DNA from: Chrysomallon squamiferum
Taxonomy: Eukaryota > Animalia > Mollusca
Direction: 5' to 3'
Length of the DNA: 64,000 nt
Assembly (NCBI GenBank): GCA_012295275.1
Contig: CM022677.1
Location: forward strand, 19,468,001-19,532,000
This document shows, in pieces, positions 9,973 to 21,475 of this stretch (positions within the stretch are counted from its first letter, which is position 1; every line of letters starts with the position of its first letter). A program made the position numbers and the translations under genes. The notes beneath the pieces were generated by a model. That model was not told the origin of the DNA. It was given only the letters and a program-made list of their open reading frames with translations, and did not search any database.

Positions 9973-12097
9973 ACGAATAAATAAATAGGTGGATCTTCAC
10001 TGATCCGGCAGTCACTTAAACTGGTTGCATCGGTAGTCGGGCACAAATTTTGGATAACATTTGATCTTGCTGCATAAACACTGCTAGCATCACTAGGAAG
10101 CATGGTCATTAGTAGGTATTCACTTACTATTGTGTCAGGTAAGATGCACTTTAAAACTCAGATAACTAAAAATTCTGTATTTGTTTATGAACTTGTAAAG
10201 GAACATGATAAAATACAAATATCACACACATAAATTATTTATTATAAATTAGAAATAAACACAATATAAATAAATAAAATTGAAAATTAAAGTATTAAAA
10301 ATTGAATTTTAAAAGGTCACTTTGACGTCATGAAGTTAATTATTTTCATTTTTAGCTGAATAATAATATTGCGATTATTAACTGTCTCTCTGTATCTGTC
10401 TTTTCCTTTATTTCCTCTATTTAAAATATACCTTTAGTGTGTGATAAATAGAAATAGCCTAAATATTTATATCACTTACAAAATAATAATACCGTGTGTG
10501 TGTTGTTTGTAAGTTTAATAAAAATCCTTACATAGAAGTATTAAATCATTGCCAAAACAGCCCTCTCAGTTTGTCACTAATATATATTTTTTAATTTTTG
10601 TATTTATTATACATTTTATCTCTATATTATATTAACAATGTATCGGATTCAGAGTTTTTGCTTACCTATTAATTATAAAGTGTTTCTTTTTTTCAACTTT
10701 ATAAACAAACTAATTAATGAACACTGTCTGCTCCGTTTTCAGAAATGGGCAGGACAAAAAAGAAATCAGATAACAAGATGATTTCGAAACTTGAATTGTC
10801 TGACCTGATCGCAGAGGAAGAAGAAGTTTCCGACCTAAAACGTCAAGATCCAGCAGTTCCTTGCACTTCTCTTATTTACGAAAACTTTGCCACGAGAAAA
10901 GAAAGTAGAGATAAAAATATTAAATCACGGAACAATCCTTGCAGCAAGTGGCATTTAAAGGACTTAAGAATATACATTTATTTGGATGATTTAAGAAAAC
11001 AGGATGAGAGGACAAATGATGTCATTCTGTCCTATTCACTGGAATCCATTATTAATGAAAACCTACAAATGTTCCAGATTGATTCGACAAAGCCTAAGAT
11101 TCGCGATGTCCTGAAGAAAGAGGTCAATGTAAGAATATTTATAAACTCCATGGTTCAGAAATTATGTACAAATCTAAAATTTGGTGTCGAACTAGAAAAG
11201 GAAAGGAAATCAGGTGATCTTCCCAATTGCAGGTTTGATTTTCTGTTCTATAACCATCGCAAACAACCCATCGGATGCTTAGAAACGAAACCATCTTCCA
11301 AAATGAATGATAATGCACTTGCTCAAGCAGTCCTCCAACTTCTTGTTTTACAGCAATTTGCCAGCGAAGAAAACGTCGACGTTACAAAAGTACCGTTATT
11401 CAACATTTTGACAGACGGTCAGAGGTTTGTCTTGCTTCAGGTGAAAGGAGATAAACTGTTGGTGGAACAGAATGAAGACAACAAACTGAAAATTCATAGA
11501 GTCAAGGAACACCTATTGCAGGAACAGAATGAACAAAGTCATACTGATGGAGTCATGGAATCCCTTTACAGGCTGATTCAAACGAGTGTTGACGCATCTG
11601 TTGAAAGACCTCAGACGACTTGACTCGTAACATAAATTCTGGAAACTTGATGGAATTGAGCATTTAAAACCTAAAATTGATAGAATGCTTGTATTAACAC
11701 TAACCTGAAGAATTATTTAGCAGCTGTAAAAGTAGTGATTGAATCACTGTAGCTTTTCTTATAAAAATTTATTTATTGCAATTGTTGTCTTTTGTGCAGA
11801 TATTCTCTCTGTGTCTTTAATATATTTATCTTAATTTTTTTATTAATTTACTAAGAGCATTACTAATTATTCACTGGATATATCATACTAAATTTTATAT
11901 TAATAAATGGTGTTATCTTTATACAGAAAATATAGTTATACATTCGATAATAGAAATAAATATCAGATGCTTAATAAATGTATCTATTAATAAATTAATA
12001 TCCTTGTAATAAACAATGTTTGGCATCGTCAAAATATAAATTATTAACTGTGATTGTAGATCCTTTTATTATTTCAGTGACCCGATTTCAAATGTAT

Positions 12098-12149
<52 letters not shown>

Positions 12150-13823
12150 AATTATAACATTTATTACCATACATTTAAATTCAGGCGTTCTTTTGTGTGA
12201 TTCTATAGTTTAAAATGTATTTACCAGTTTATAACTTTGGTGATATGGATCTGTGAACAAACATAACACTGTGACTTGCATGTTTTCATATTTTTTATTA
12301 TCATATATTTAACATTGTATTATACGTTTGAATGTGCTGTGTACACAACTCTCGTGTTTGATCACTTATCAAAATGATATGAACTTTGCACTTGTTCTCT
12401 TTATATAAGTTTTCATATTTACTTATTTTAATTGATGCATTTTAAAACTAGACATACAGTCTAATCACACGTAAATAAAATATATACAGTGCCAGGTATC
12501 CGACATCACACATTTGTGTGCGCAAACGTAAATAATTGGAAACCCTAGATATTTGTATGAAATGTGGCAGACTTGTTTTTGTCCTTTGGTTATCTTGGAG
12601 CAGTCAATTACACATGGAAATATCGAACTCCAACATTCTCGTCTGCGAACAAATGAATATTTTGTACATTTCTCAGCAAGAAGCAAAACAACATAGGCAG
12701 ACTTTATAAGGGTTAAACAATGTTAATTCACTGCTTTCCAAGCGTATATGACTTTGAATCTAGCGCCAGATATGAAGGATGTTCTTTGTCCCCCTCTGTC
12801 ATTCATACGTACATAAAACAATAGTTAACAACTGATACAATCAAAAACGGGACTAGACATTAAACTACAGATCTCATAGGAGATCTATACACATTTGTTT
12901 TAAATTCGGGTGCTAGAGATCATGTTTCTTCTTTTCTTTATTGTGGACGTTCAAGTTAGTTGGATCAAGGGACTGATTCAGAATAGTCACGGGGGAGGGG
13001 GGAACAGGGCCGGTACTGAGCATTCAGTGTTTTTAGTTTGAAGAAAACGATAAGTTTATTTTTTTTGGAAAATGTTATTATTTATCTATTTATTTACAAG
13101 TATTTTAAAACAAAAATGTATTCTTTGTAGTTTTGTTTTTTTCGTACACTTTTATTCAGACGATGATAAGTTGATGATAAGTAATGTGAGATATTTATAA
13201 GTATAATTAAACAACTAAATGAGTACAAACAACGAAAGTGAACGTTATACATGAGTAAACAAATAAAATGTAATCTGATTACTATTGTTGCATTTACGTT
13301 AGTCTTTAAAAACAGCCGATGTTTTCAAAACGTGACTAGAAGTGAAACTGGATACCCCACTGGAGATCTTATACACGTGTTTTAAATCCGGGTGTTAGAG
13401 ATCTTGTTTCTTCTTTGTTTTACTCTGCAAGTTCAAGCTGGTGTGAGAAAAAGGGCGAATCACAATAATTACAGAGGAGAAAACATACAGGGCCGGTACT
13501 TACACACAAGACATTACGTTATTATTATTATTATTATTATTATTATTTTACTGTCTTTTTTTTTTTTTTGTTAGTTTGTTTTTAATAATTAATATTAAGA
13601 CGTCATACTTCGCAGAACTTAGAACAGTACATAAACAAATCAGTTTCAAATTAACAGATATGACAGCAAAAACGATAAGACGAATAAAATAATACGTGAT
13701 AATGTTATCTATATACACATATTTTACTCACACACACACACAGACAACGTACCTTGACTTACGAGTGAACCAATTTGCGCGTTTTCCGAGTTACGAGCAG
13801 TCGCCTGGTCGATTTTTTGGTTT
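8429..13823 (+). repeat. Segmental direct duplication, copy B; contains nuclease gene B
   Basis: Collinear with 410-5767 at an offset of ~8.0-8.8 kb. Confidence 0.95.
10745..11623 (+). CDS. PD-(D/E)XK restriction-endonuclease-fold protein (HsdR-N / CR-REase-like), paralog B, 292 aa, single coding exon
   Basis: Motifs KKEVNVRIFIN (helix-1 Glu), ELE..SGDLPNCRFDFLFY..PIGCLETK, LAQAVLQL, PLFNILTDGQRFVLL. Acceptor CTCCGTTTTCAG ends at 10742, 2 nt before the ATG. Basic N-terminus MGRTKKKS. Confidence 0.82.
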   Translation: MGRTKKKSDNKMISKLELSDLIAEEEEVSDLKRQDPAVPCTSLIYENFATRKESRDKNIKSRNNPCSKWHLKDLRIYIYLDDLRKQDERTNDVILSYSLESIINENLQMFQIDSTKPKIRDVLKKEVNVRIFINSMVQKLCTNLKFGVELEKERKSGDLPNCRFDFLFYNHRKQPIGCLETKPSSKMNDNALAQAVLQLLVLQQFASEENVDVTKVPLFNILTDGQRFVLLQVKGDKLLVEQNEDNKLKIHRVKEHLLQEQNEQSHTDGVMESLYRLIQTSVDASVERPQTT

Positions 13824-14559
13824 GTAGGTTAATACAAATTGGAATATTAAAAAGAAAGAGTCAATAGTTAAATAAATAAATAAATAAATAAACAAACAAA
13901 CAAATGAGATAATTTGTAATTTAAATTTTTTGTTGTTGCGTTTTTTGTTTTTTTTTAACTAACCTCTGCAAGAACAAGGGACAAACATTTGTTTCACAAT
14001 GTGTTTCTCTTTTTTATAAATTTTGCTGCTTCAGTTTTGTCTCAGATCATCGGCAGAAAAATTCAAATATGGTGTTGAAAGTAAATGAACTGATATGTGT
14101 TTGCGATTTGTTGAGAACATAACAAATTATGTAATATTTGTGTTTTCTATTTACAGTTATGTAGGCTTTGCTACATTATTGTGTCACCCATATCAAGACA
14201 CTTTGTAATAAAAGTAAATAAATACTGTTTGTATTGTTTTTTTTAATACCTTGAACCTCAAAGCCCATTTGTGCAAATCATGGTTATGTCAACCTAGATT
14301 TAACTTAATTCCACATTTTTTTTATTCATTATTATTATTATTTTTTTTTTTTTAAAAGAAACGAAAATAATATTAATAATAAAAATAAAATAAAAAAGTT
14401 CTATTCAATGCATTCAATAATTTATCTAATTACAGCAGCTATCGAATTTGAGCAAGATTCCTTTTAAGATTTTGGCCTAAATAACAAATATCAATGTGTG
14501 AATTAATAGCCCAACAATTAACGTCTGGCCTCCAGTTGTGTTGTTAAATAATCTTAACA

Positions 14560-16780
14560 ATTTGTAATAAAAGTAAATCAATACCAGTTCTATAATAAAA
14601 AAAGAGAGGAAAACCAGGGAAGATGGAATTATTAAAACACTGAAGTGGTCCTGAAGTGAACACTGTTCACACTGAACCATTGCACTTTTTACCTCTTGCC
14701 CTGACAGATACAATCTTCTTCACTGTTTCTGTCCTTCATTTTGAATACCTCTTGCCCTGACAGATACAATCTTCTTCACTGTTTCTGTCCTTCATTTTGA
14801 ATACCTCTTGCCCTGACAGATACGATCTTCTTCACTGTTTCTGTCCTTCATTTTGAATACCTCTTGCCCTGACAGATACAATCTTCTTCACTGTTTCTGT
14901 CCTTCATTTTGAATACCTCTTGCCCTGACAGATACAATCTTCTTCACTGTTTCTGTCCTTCATTTTGAATACCTGTTACAATCTTCTTCACTGTTTCTGT
15001 CCTTCATTTTGAATACCTTTACGATCTTCTTCACTGTTTCTGTCCTTCATTTTGAATACCTCTTGCCCTGACAGATACAATCTTCTTCACTGTTTCTGTC
15101 CTTCATTTTGAATACCTCTTGCCCTGACAGATACAATGTTCTTCACTGTTTCTGTCCTTCATTTTGACATCAGGTGTCCTTCAACATGCGGCTAAAAACA
15201 AACTGTTTGACATTTCCTCTGTTCTGTGACCATATAACATGTAACCTTTTTTCTATTATTATTATTATTTTTTTTTTTTTTTCATTATTCTGCCAACGAA
15301 GATTTTCTTCAACCATACCATAAGGACCACTTGGTTTAAGACCTCTTTCAATTTCCCCTGGGCATGCACGTCTTTAATACTTACCTATAAGTTTGTAGTC
15401 ATGACCAGAAATATTTTCATTTCAACTTACTTCATGGTAGCTACAAATGCCTCGGACATTACCCCGATCTTCCATCCACATTACATGCAGTTTCTTTCTG
15501 TTCTTCAGGTTATTCGCCATCTTCAGTCTCTTAGTGGCTCTTCCTAGTAGACCATCTTCTTTGTACACGGACAGATTTTTTTCTCCTGTACAAACTGCCC
15601 ATAAATGTTGACTGATCTTTCTGTAGTCCAACTTACTTGTATCACGCTTTTTCTTTTTCTCATTTGAAATCTTCTTCTCTCCACCTTCATGATTAACATT
15701 CTGCAACACAACAGAAGTAGATTTGTATGGGGGGAAAGAAGAAAAGAAAAAGAAAGTGATTTCCTTGACCATGAGTTACATTTAATACAGTCAGTTTTAA
15801 TCAAGTTGAAATTTTTCCTTTTCTGCAGTCAAAGCTGCTCAGAACATAACTAATGTAACAATAGATAACACATTTTTGTTTCAGTGTTTCTTAAATCAAA
15901 TTTGATGAAAACAATTTCATCTGTATTTATTATATGTGGATGAAAATAATACTTACTTTACTTACATACAACATAATTTTAGCTTGTAAATAAACAGTAT
16001 TTACTCCCAGATCAAGTCCCATCAGACTGAAAAACAAATTTATAATTTCACATGTTTGTTTCTAGGAAATGAGAAACTTTAAGAAAAACAGAAACAATTG
16101 TTATACTGCTACACCCAGTAAAATGCACTAAAAAAGATATAAATAAATGAATGGCACTGAAGAATGTAAATGTTTTTCATAATTCTCTGAGTCAGTCTAA
16201 ACATATGTATACAGTGATAGAATGAGAAATAAATGAATGGATGATAAAAGAATAAAATTAGATAGAAAGATAGAAACACATATACACAAAAAAAAAAAAA
16301 AAAAAACATTTTACATGTGTATATATATATATATTGTGAGAATGAACTAGTAAAGTCTGATGCTACATTGTCAAGAAGTATTTTCTTTTAAGAAATATAA
16401 AATATCTTTTAACAATACTGCATGGTATTAGTGACTCACGTTTCAGTATTTGACAACAAACTTTGGTTAGTAGGAACCAAAACAATGTTTAAATAAATAA
16501 TCATTTCAAGCATTAACTTGTAAATTAAAAAAGACAACAACAACAACAACAACACAAAAAAACCCTTCCAAAACAGTGCAACTTAAACCTGTATTTTTCA
16601 TAAAGTGTACATGAATCATGTATAATCAACATTAGATGAAAAAAAACTTTAGAATAATAATAAAAACAAGTACAGCCATATAAAGACTAATGTATTTCTG
16701 AAGTGTAAACTTTAATATTTATACTTTATTATTAATTTTCATTTGCTGGCAAAAAGAAAAAACATAAAAATAAAAATAAA

Positions 16781-16838
<58 letters not shown>

Positions 16839-18800
16839 TTAAATGAAAAATAAAAAAACCCAAATAAAACAACTGGTAAGAATGCAAAATATATATGAAA
16901 ATTGTGTAAATATCAGCAAAGGACACTTTAACTATGAACGAATTCTTTATCTGAACATTATCAGTTTTGTCTTGTAACTAAGAACTAAATGAGTTTGCAT
17001 GATTTTGTAAATCACATGAAATTATTTATTTATTTATTTATTTTTGTGGTCATAACTATATAAAATGCTACACTATAGCAAAATAACAATCCCATCATAA
17101 AACTGAACTAGCTGATACGTGAAACATTTATCAGCATGTTTTGGTTATTAACTGGTTAACTGTAAGAAATATGAACAAACGAAAAGGAAGGTAAACAACT
17201 GAACATTTATAACAGTAAATGAATCAATGTAACAAGTCTTTTGTTAATGATTTTATCACCCATTTTGAAGCATCACATCTTTCATTACTGGCTTCTGTTG
17301 ATAGACAAATGTTTATCTCAGTAAAAGAACTGACAGCAGAAATGTGTGTCAAACATATACTTTTTAAACTATATATGACTTATAAATGTAAAACAAAAGT
17401 TGGATGTAGGCTTCAACTGAGTGTAATTGTGTACAGGTGTGTGTGAATGGGGAAAAAAAGCATCAATATAATCTTACCTGAGATTTTCTCTTCTTCACTT
17501 TTTCCCATAATGGGAAATCATTATCATAATCATCAGAGGTATGATCTTCTGGTGTAACTGTCTTCCATAAACACTGTCCTCAAAAAGGTGCCCTTCCTCA
17601 CAAGTCTGATCTTCATCTGACATACCAGTCTGAAATGTTTCATTACAGTCTTGTTAAAAAAACAAAAACAGAATCTGACAAAAAAAATATCCTTCATCAC
17701 AGCAAAGTACATGAACACTGTTCTTACATAAAAGTAAAAAAAAAAAAAAAAAAAAAATAAAAATAAAAACTTAATATTATAAATAAATAAATAAAAATAT
17801 TTAATATAAATACCTGAAGTATGTCATCCCATCTAAATGTCACATCCATTCTGACATTTTCCACTTTTCATTTGCTGCAGAAATAAAGTGAAGAAATATC
17901 TGAATTGATACAACTTATTATAATATTATGAAAAAAACCCTATAGAAACAATGATACATGAGAAGCAAATGTGAAAATTAAGAATGTGCCTATGATCTGC
18001 TCATGAAAAAGGTAACAAACAGCAGAAATAATAGTGAAGTGCCAGTTCTGGAATAACAATTAGTGAAAATTCATACTCACAAATAAAGTTTATTAGAATT
18101 ACTGATACGAGTAAGAACATAAACAGAAAGAACATTACCTACACAAAATAATGTGTCAAAAGATGTTCAAGACTCTAATCTAAATTAAATTAGAAAAAAG
18201 GAAATAAACAGCGACTCTTGTAAAAACTTGCCTTATCATCTACAACAGGTTCCATGTGCAGTTGAGGCCAATCACTTTCAACATAGCTGAAAAGAGCATA
18301 GATTAAAATATTGCAAAAGTCTGTGCAGTTCCTGATACTACATACTAATATGGTTTATACCACATATAGAGATTTATGTCACAGCATTTAGTTCTGTCTG
18401 CAAAAGGAAGATCAATGTAGCTAATGACGACTTACATGTGCACACTCTGGAAAACCCCCAGTGCCCTTAAACCAAGTTTCTTGATGCAGATGTCCATGCA
18501 TTTTCTGAATGTGCTCTTATTATGGATTAGACGATATATAGTTATTTATGTTATAGCATTTAAGTGTCTGTTAGTCACAACTGAAGTGGTTTATAGTCCA
18601 TTTATTGAAGCATAGTTAAGACATTCTGTTGTTAAATGTATTTTCAATAGCCAGACATAAGGTTATGATACACTTTTTGAAATAGGATTAACTTTAAACT
18701 TACGTGAATGCCTTCAATTCTTGAAATAGATTCTTATCATTAACAGACTTCTGCTGCCATCTACTTTTTATAACCAGTCTCGAAAAGGAACGACTGGAAT
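14560..18800 (-). pseudogene. Multi-exon gene of unknown family, apparently disrupted. Candidate exons 18800-18704, 18504-18436, 18286-18232 (GC donor), 17874-17814, 17629-17478, and 15700 to ~14560; encodes two tandem related domains and a degenerate PHD-like finger
   Basis: Each block has an AG acceptor and a GT/GC donor, and the blocks join to ..KSVNDKNLFQELKAFTKCMDICIKKLGLRALGVFQSVHIYVESDWPQLHMEPVVDDK... Frameshifts are needed in 17874-17814 and 17629-17478. In-frame stops at 15424-15422, 15376-15374 and 15172-15170. Confidence 0.55.
14691..15166. repeat. 56-bp minisatellite, 9 units (2 internally deleted)
   Basis: Unit ACCTCTTGCCCTGACAGATACAATCTTCTTCACTGTTTCTGTCCTTCATTTTGAAT at 14691, 14747, 14803, 14859, 14915, 14971 (short), 15015 (short), 15058, 15114. 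Confidence 0.97.
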
Positions 18801-19216
18801 CTAAAAATGTGACAAATTTGCTCATTATCAATAATAATCAAAAATGAAGTAAATATATCTGATATATATGGATATAAAAAGATTAGAAATGGTTAATGAA
18901 AACTGAGCTAGCGAACAATATGTCTGATGCGGAATGATACATAATAAACACCATATTTCCAAAATAAATTGCATTACATATTTGGAATTTTAATTTTGCT
19001 ACAGTTTTCAAACACGTCTACTTTTTTTAATAATAAAAGTGAGCATGTTTTATAACTTTTAAATATTAAACTTTTATTGAAACTGCGAACTATTTGTTTG
19101 AAAGAACTGACGTGCGATAAATTATTCACTGGACTTATCGTTCGCTGGTTTCACAGCAGCTGGAATTGTTCGCTGCCTTTATTTCAGTATTTTAATGGAA
19201 TATTGAAACGTGCCAC

Positions 19217-19536
19217 ATGAGTTTTCTTCACCTTGTAGAAAAACTGTTAATAACTTTGACTTTGGAAATATGTCTGCTCGCAACATGTTTATTTGGAGAC
19301 ACCATTATCTCGATTTTATCACCTACCAGGTCAAACGAACCGGATTTATTATGGATGCGCGCAGTCGTTGATAGTGCTACGCATGGTTTCGTGGCTTTTT
19401 TTTCGTGGGCTATTGTCGAATTGACATCATTAGGTGACATAAATGCGATAACTTTTATAAACTGCGGTATATGTGCTGGACTTGCAGTGATGGTTGATTT
19501 GGATCACTTTATGGCAGCCAGGTCGTTCCATATTAA

Positions 19537-19537
<1 letters not shown>
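19217..19537 (+). CDS. TMEM267: Transmembrane protein 267, coding exon 1
   Basis: RAVVDSATHGFVAFFSW and AVMVDLDHFMAARSFHIK match TMEM267 (human RALSDNAVH..SW, SVIDVDHFFLAGSMSLK); phase-0 donor AAG|GTGAGA. Confidence 0.93.
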
Positions 19538-19615
<78 letters not shown>

Positions 19616-20077
19616 GTATTCATTTAAATCATAAGAAATAATTATATTTATATATTGATAAGAGAGAGAGAGAGATTGTATATCGAAATGAGAAAAGAAG
19701 AGAAAAGTAAAAATAACAGATGAAAATAATAAAAGTTACTGTTTTATGTTATGTAATTAAAACAAAAATATTTAAATGTTATTATGTGGTTACTTATTTG
19801 AATAGTCACTTTTAAGTTTCAAAGTCTGTTATGAATTTAGTAATCTAGTAAAAACTTAGAAGTATTACTATCCAGTAAATAAACAAATAACAATTTTATT
19901 TGTTAATTTGTTAATTAATCATCATCATTTTATTATTATTATTATTATTACTTCTTAGTAAAAGGTTTATGATTGAATATTTGTGTGTGTGTGTGTGTGA
20001 TGATAACTTTTAATATTTGTTTTATAAAATCAGGAAGGATTAATTACTAGTATTAATTATTTAATACTAAAAATAAA

Positions 20078-20122
<45 letters not shown>

Positions 20123-20240
20123 ATAATAATAATAATAATAATAACAACAACAACAAAAAACTAAATTTCACTAACAACATACATCCAACATTTAATAAAC
20201 ACAAATTAATTTTTTAATTTTTATTTTTTTTGTTTTATAG

Positions 20241-20543
20241 GATGCTATGAACCTTAGCAACAGGCCTCTTTTCCATGCAACCACAGTGATTCCAACCATC
20301 TTCTTCCTGCTCATCATCTGTGGACAAGTTCTGAAATCAAACAGGCTGAAATATCTTTCTTTTATATTTGTCTTATCTTGGAGTTCTCACCACGTAAGAG
20401 ATGCCACGAGGAGAGGTTTGTGGTTACCTCCCTTTGCCAGCTCTCCACCTATCCCGTACGCTATGTATGTATTTCTGATAATGTTTTTACCTTTGTGTGT
20501 CAGAGGCGTTATTAAGTTTTTGGGTGTGTGGGAGATTTTGTGA
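20241..20543 (+). CDS. TMEM267: Transmembrane protein 267, coding exon 2 (spliced protein 207 aa)
   Basis: Acceptor TTTTATAG|GAT; RPLFHATTVIP and SWSSHHVRDATRRGLWLPPF match human RPFLHCSTVIP and [20 protein letters not shown]. Confidence 0.93.
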   Translation, partial: DAMNLSNRPLFHATTVIPTIFFLLIICGQVLKSNRLKYLSFIFVLSWSSHHVRDATRRGLWLPPFASSPPIPYAMYVFLIMFLPLCVRGVIKFLGVWEIL

Positions 20544-20821
20544 ATGTAAAAAAAAAAAAAAATAATAATAATACCAATTAATATCCCATAGGTTCATGTC
20601 AGTTGACCCTTTCGCGGTGTAATTAAAGTGTAGCCATCATTTTCGTAATTATTGTTAATTATCGACAAAAAATTTAGAATTTGGATTTTCAGATTCTGAT
20701 GTGATGTGAAGTTTTGGCGGTCTTTAGGGGTGTGTCCATTTCTTACAGTATCAGTAGAATTTTTTATTTATTTTTTTTAAACTGTATATGTTATAGGTAA
20801 ACAATAGATGATAGATGTTTT

Positions 20822-21475
20822 TATAAGTAAACAGTAAATGTAAGCATTTTAAGTAAACAGTGAATGTAAGCATTTTATTAGTAAATAAATGTAAACATTT
20901 TATTAGGTAAATTTTATGAGTAAACAGTAAATGTAAGCATTTTATTAGTAAACAGCAAATGTAAGCATTTTATGAGTAAACAGTGAATGTAAGCATTTTA
21001 TTAGTAAACAGTAAATGTAAGCATTTTATGAGTAAACAGTAAATGTAAGCATTTTATGAGTAAACAGTGAATGTAAGCATTTTATGAGTAAACAGTAAAT
21101 GTAAACATTTTATGTAAGCATTTTATTATTAAACAGTAAATGTAAGCATTTTATGAGTAAACAGTAAATGTAAGCATTTTATGAGTAAACAGTGAATGTA
21201 AGCATTTTATGAGTAAACAGTAAATGTACGCATTTTATGAGTAAACAGTAAATTTAAGCATTTTATTAGTAAACAGTAAATGTAAGCATTTTATGAGTAA
21301 ACAGTAAACAGTAAATGTAAGCATTTTATGGGTAAACAGTAAATGTAAGCATTTTATGAGTAAACAGCAAATGTAAACATTTTATCACAAAACTGAACAT
21401 AAACATTTATAAGTAAACAGTGGACTTAAACATTTTATAAGTAAACAGTAGATTTAAACATTTTATAAGTAAACA
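20822..21475 (+). repeat. 28-bp minisatellite (~20 units) downstream of the TMEM267 stop
   Basis: Unit AGTAAACAGTAAATGTAAGCATTTTATG. Confidence 0.95.

Noticed and set aside
1991-11623. Bacterial contamination or a complete restriction-modification system
   Set aside because: The genes sit in microsatellite-rich DNA with splice acceptors and AATAAA signals, contiguous with TMEM267 and CEP78; no hsdM/hsdS or methyltransferase and no operon structure.
410-13823. The two 5.4-kb direct repeats as LTRs of one retroelement
   Set aside because: No TG..CA termini, primer-binding site, polypurine tract or gag/pol between them; each repeat contains a gene with a splice acceptor.
14691-15166. Regular repeat array as a possible CRISPR array
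   Set aside because: Head-to-tail identical units with no unique spacers, no cas genes and a eukaryotic context; the same applies to the arrays at 20.8, 25.8, 29.3, 57.2 and 58.2 kb.
19538-19627. ER-repeat C-terminus of the 19217 ORF
   Set aside because: Read-through into the (GA)n-containing TMEM267 intron after the donor at 19537.
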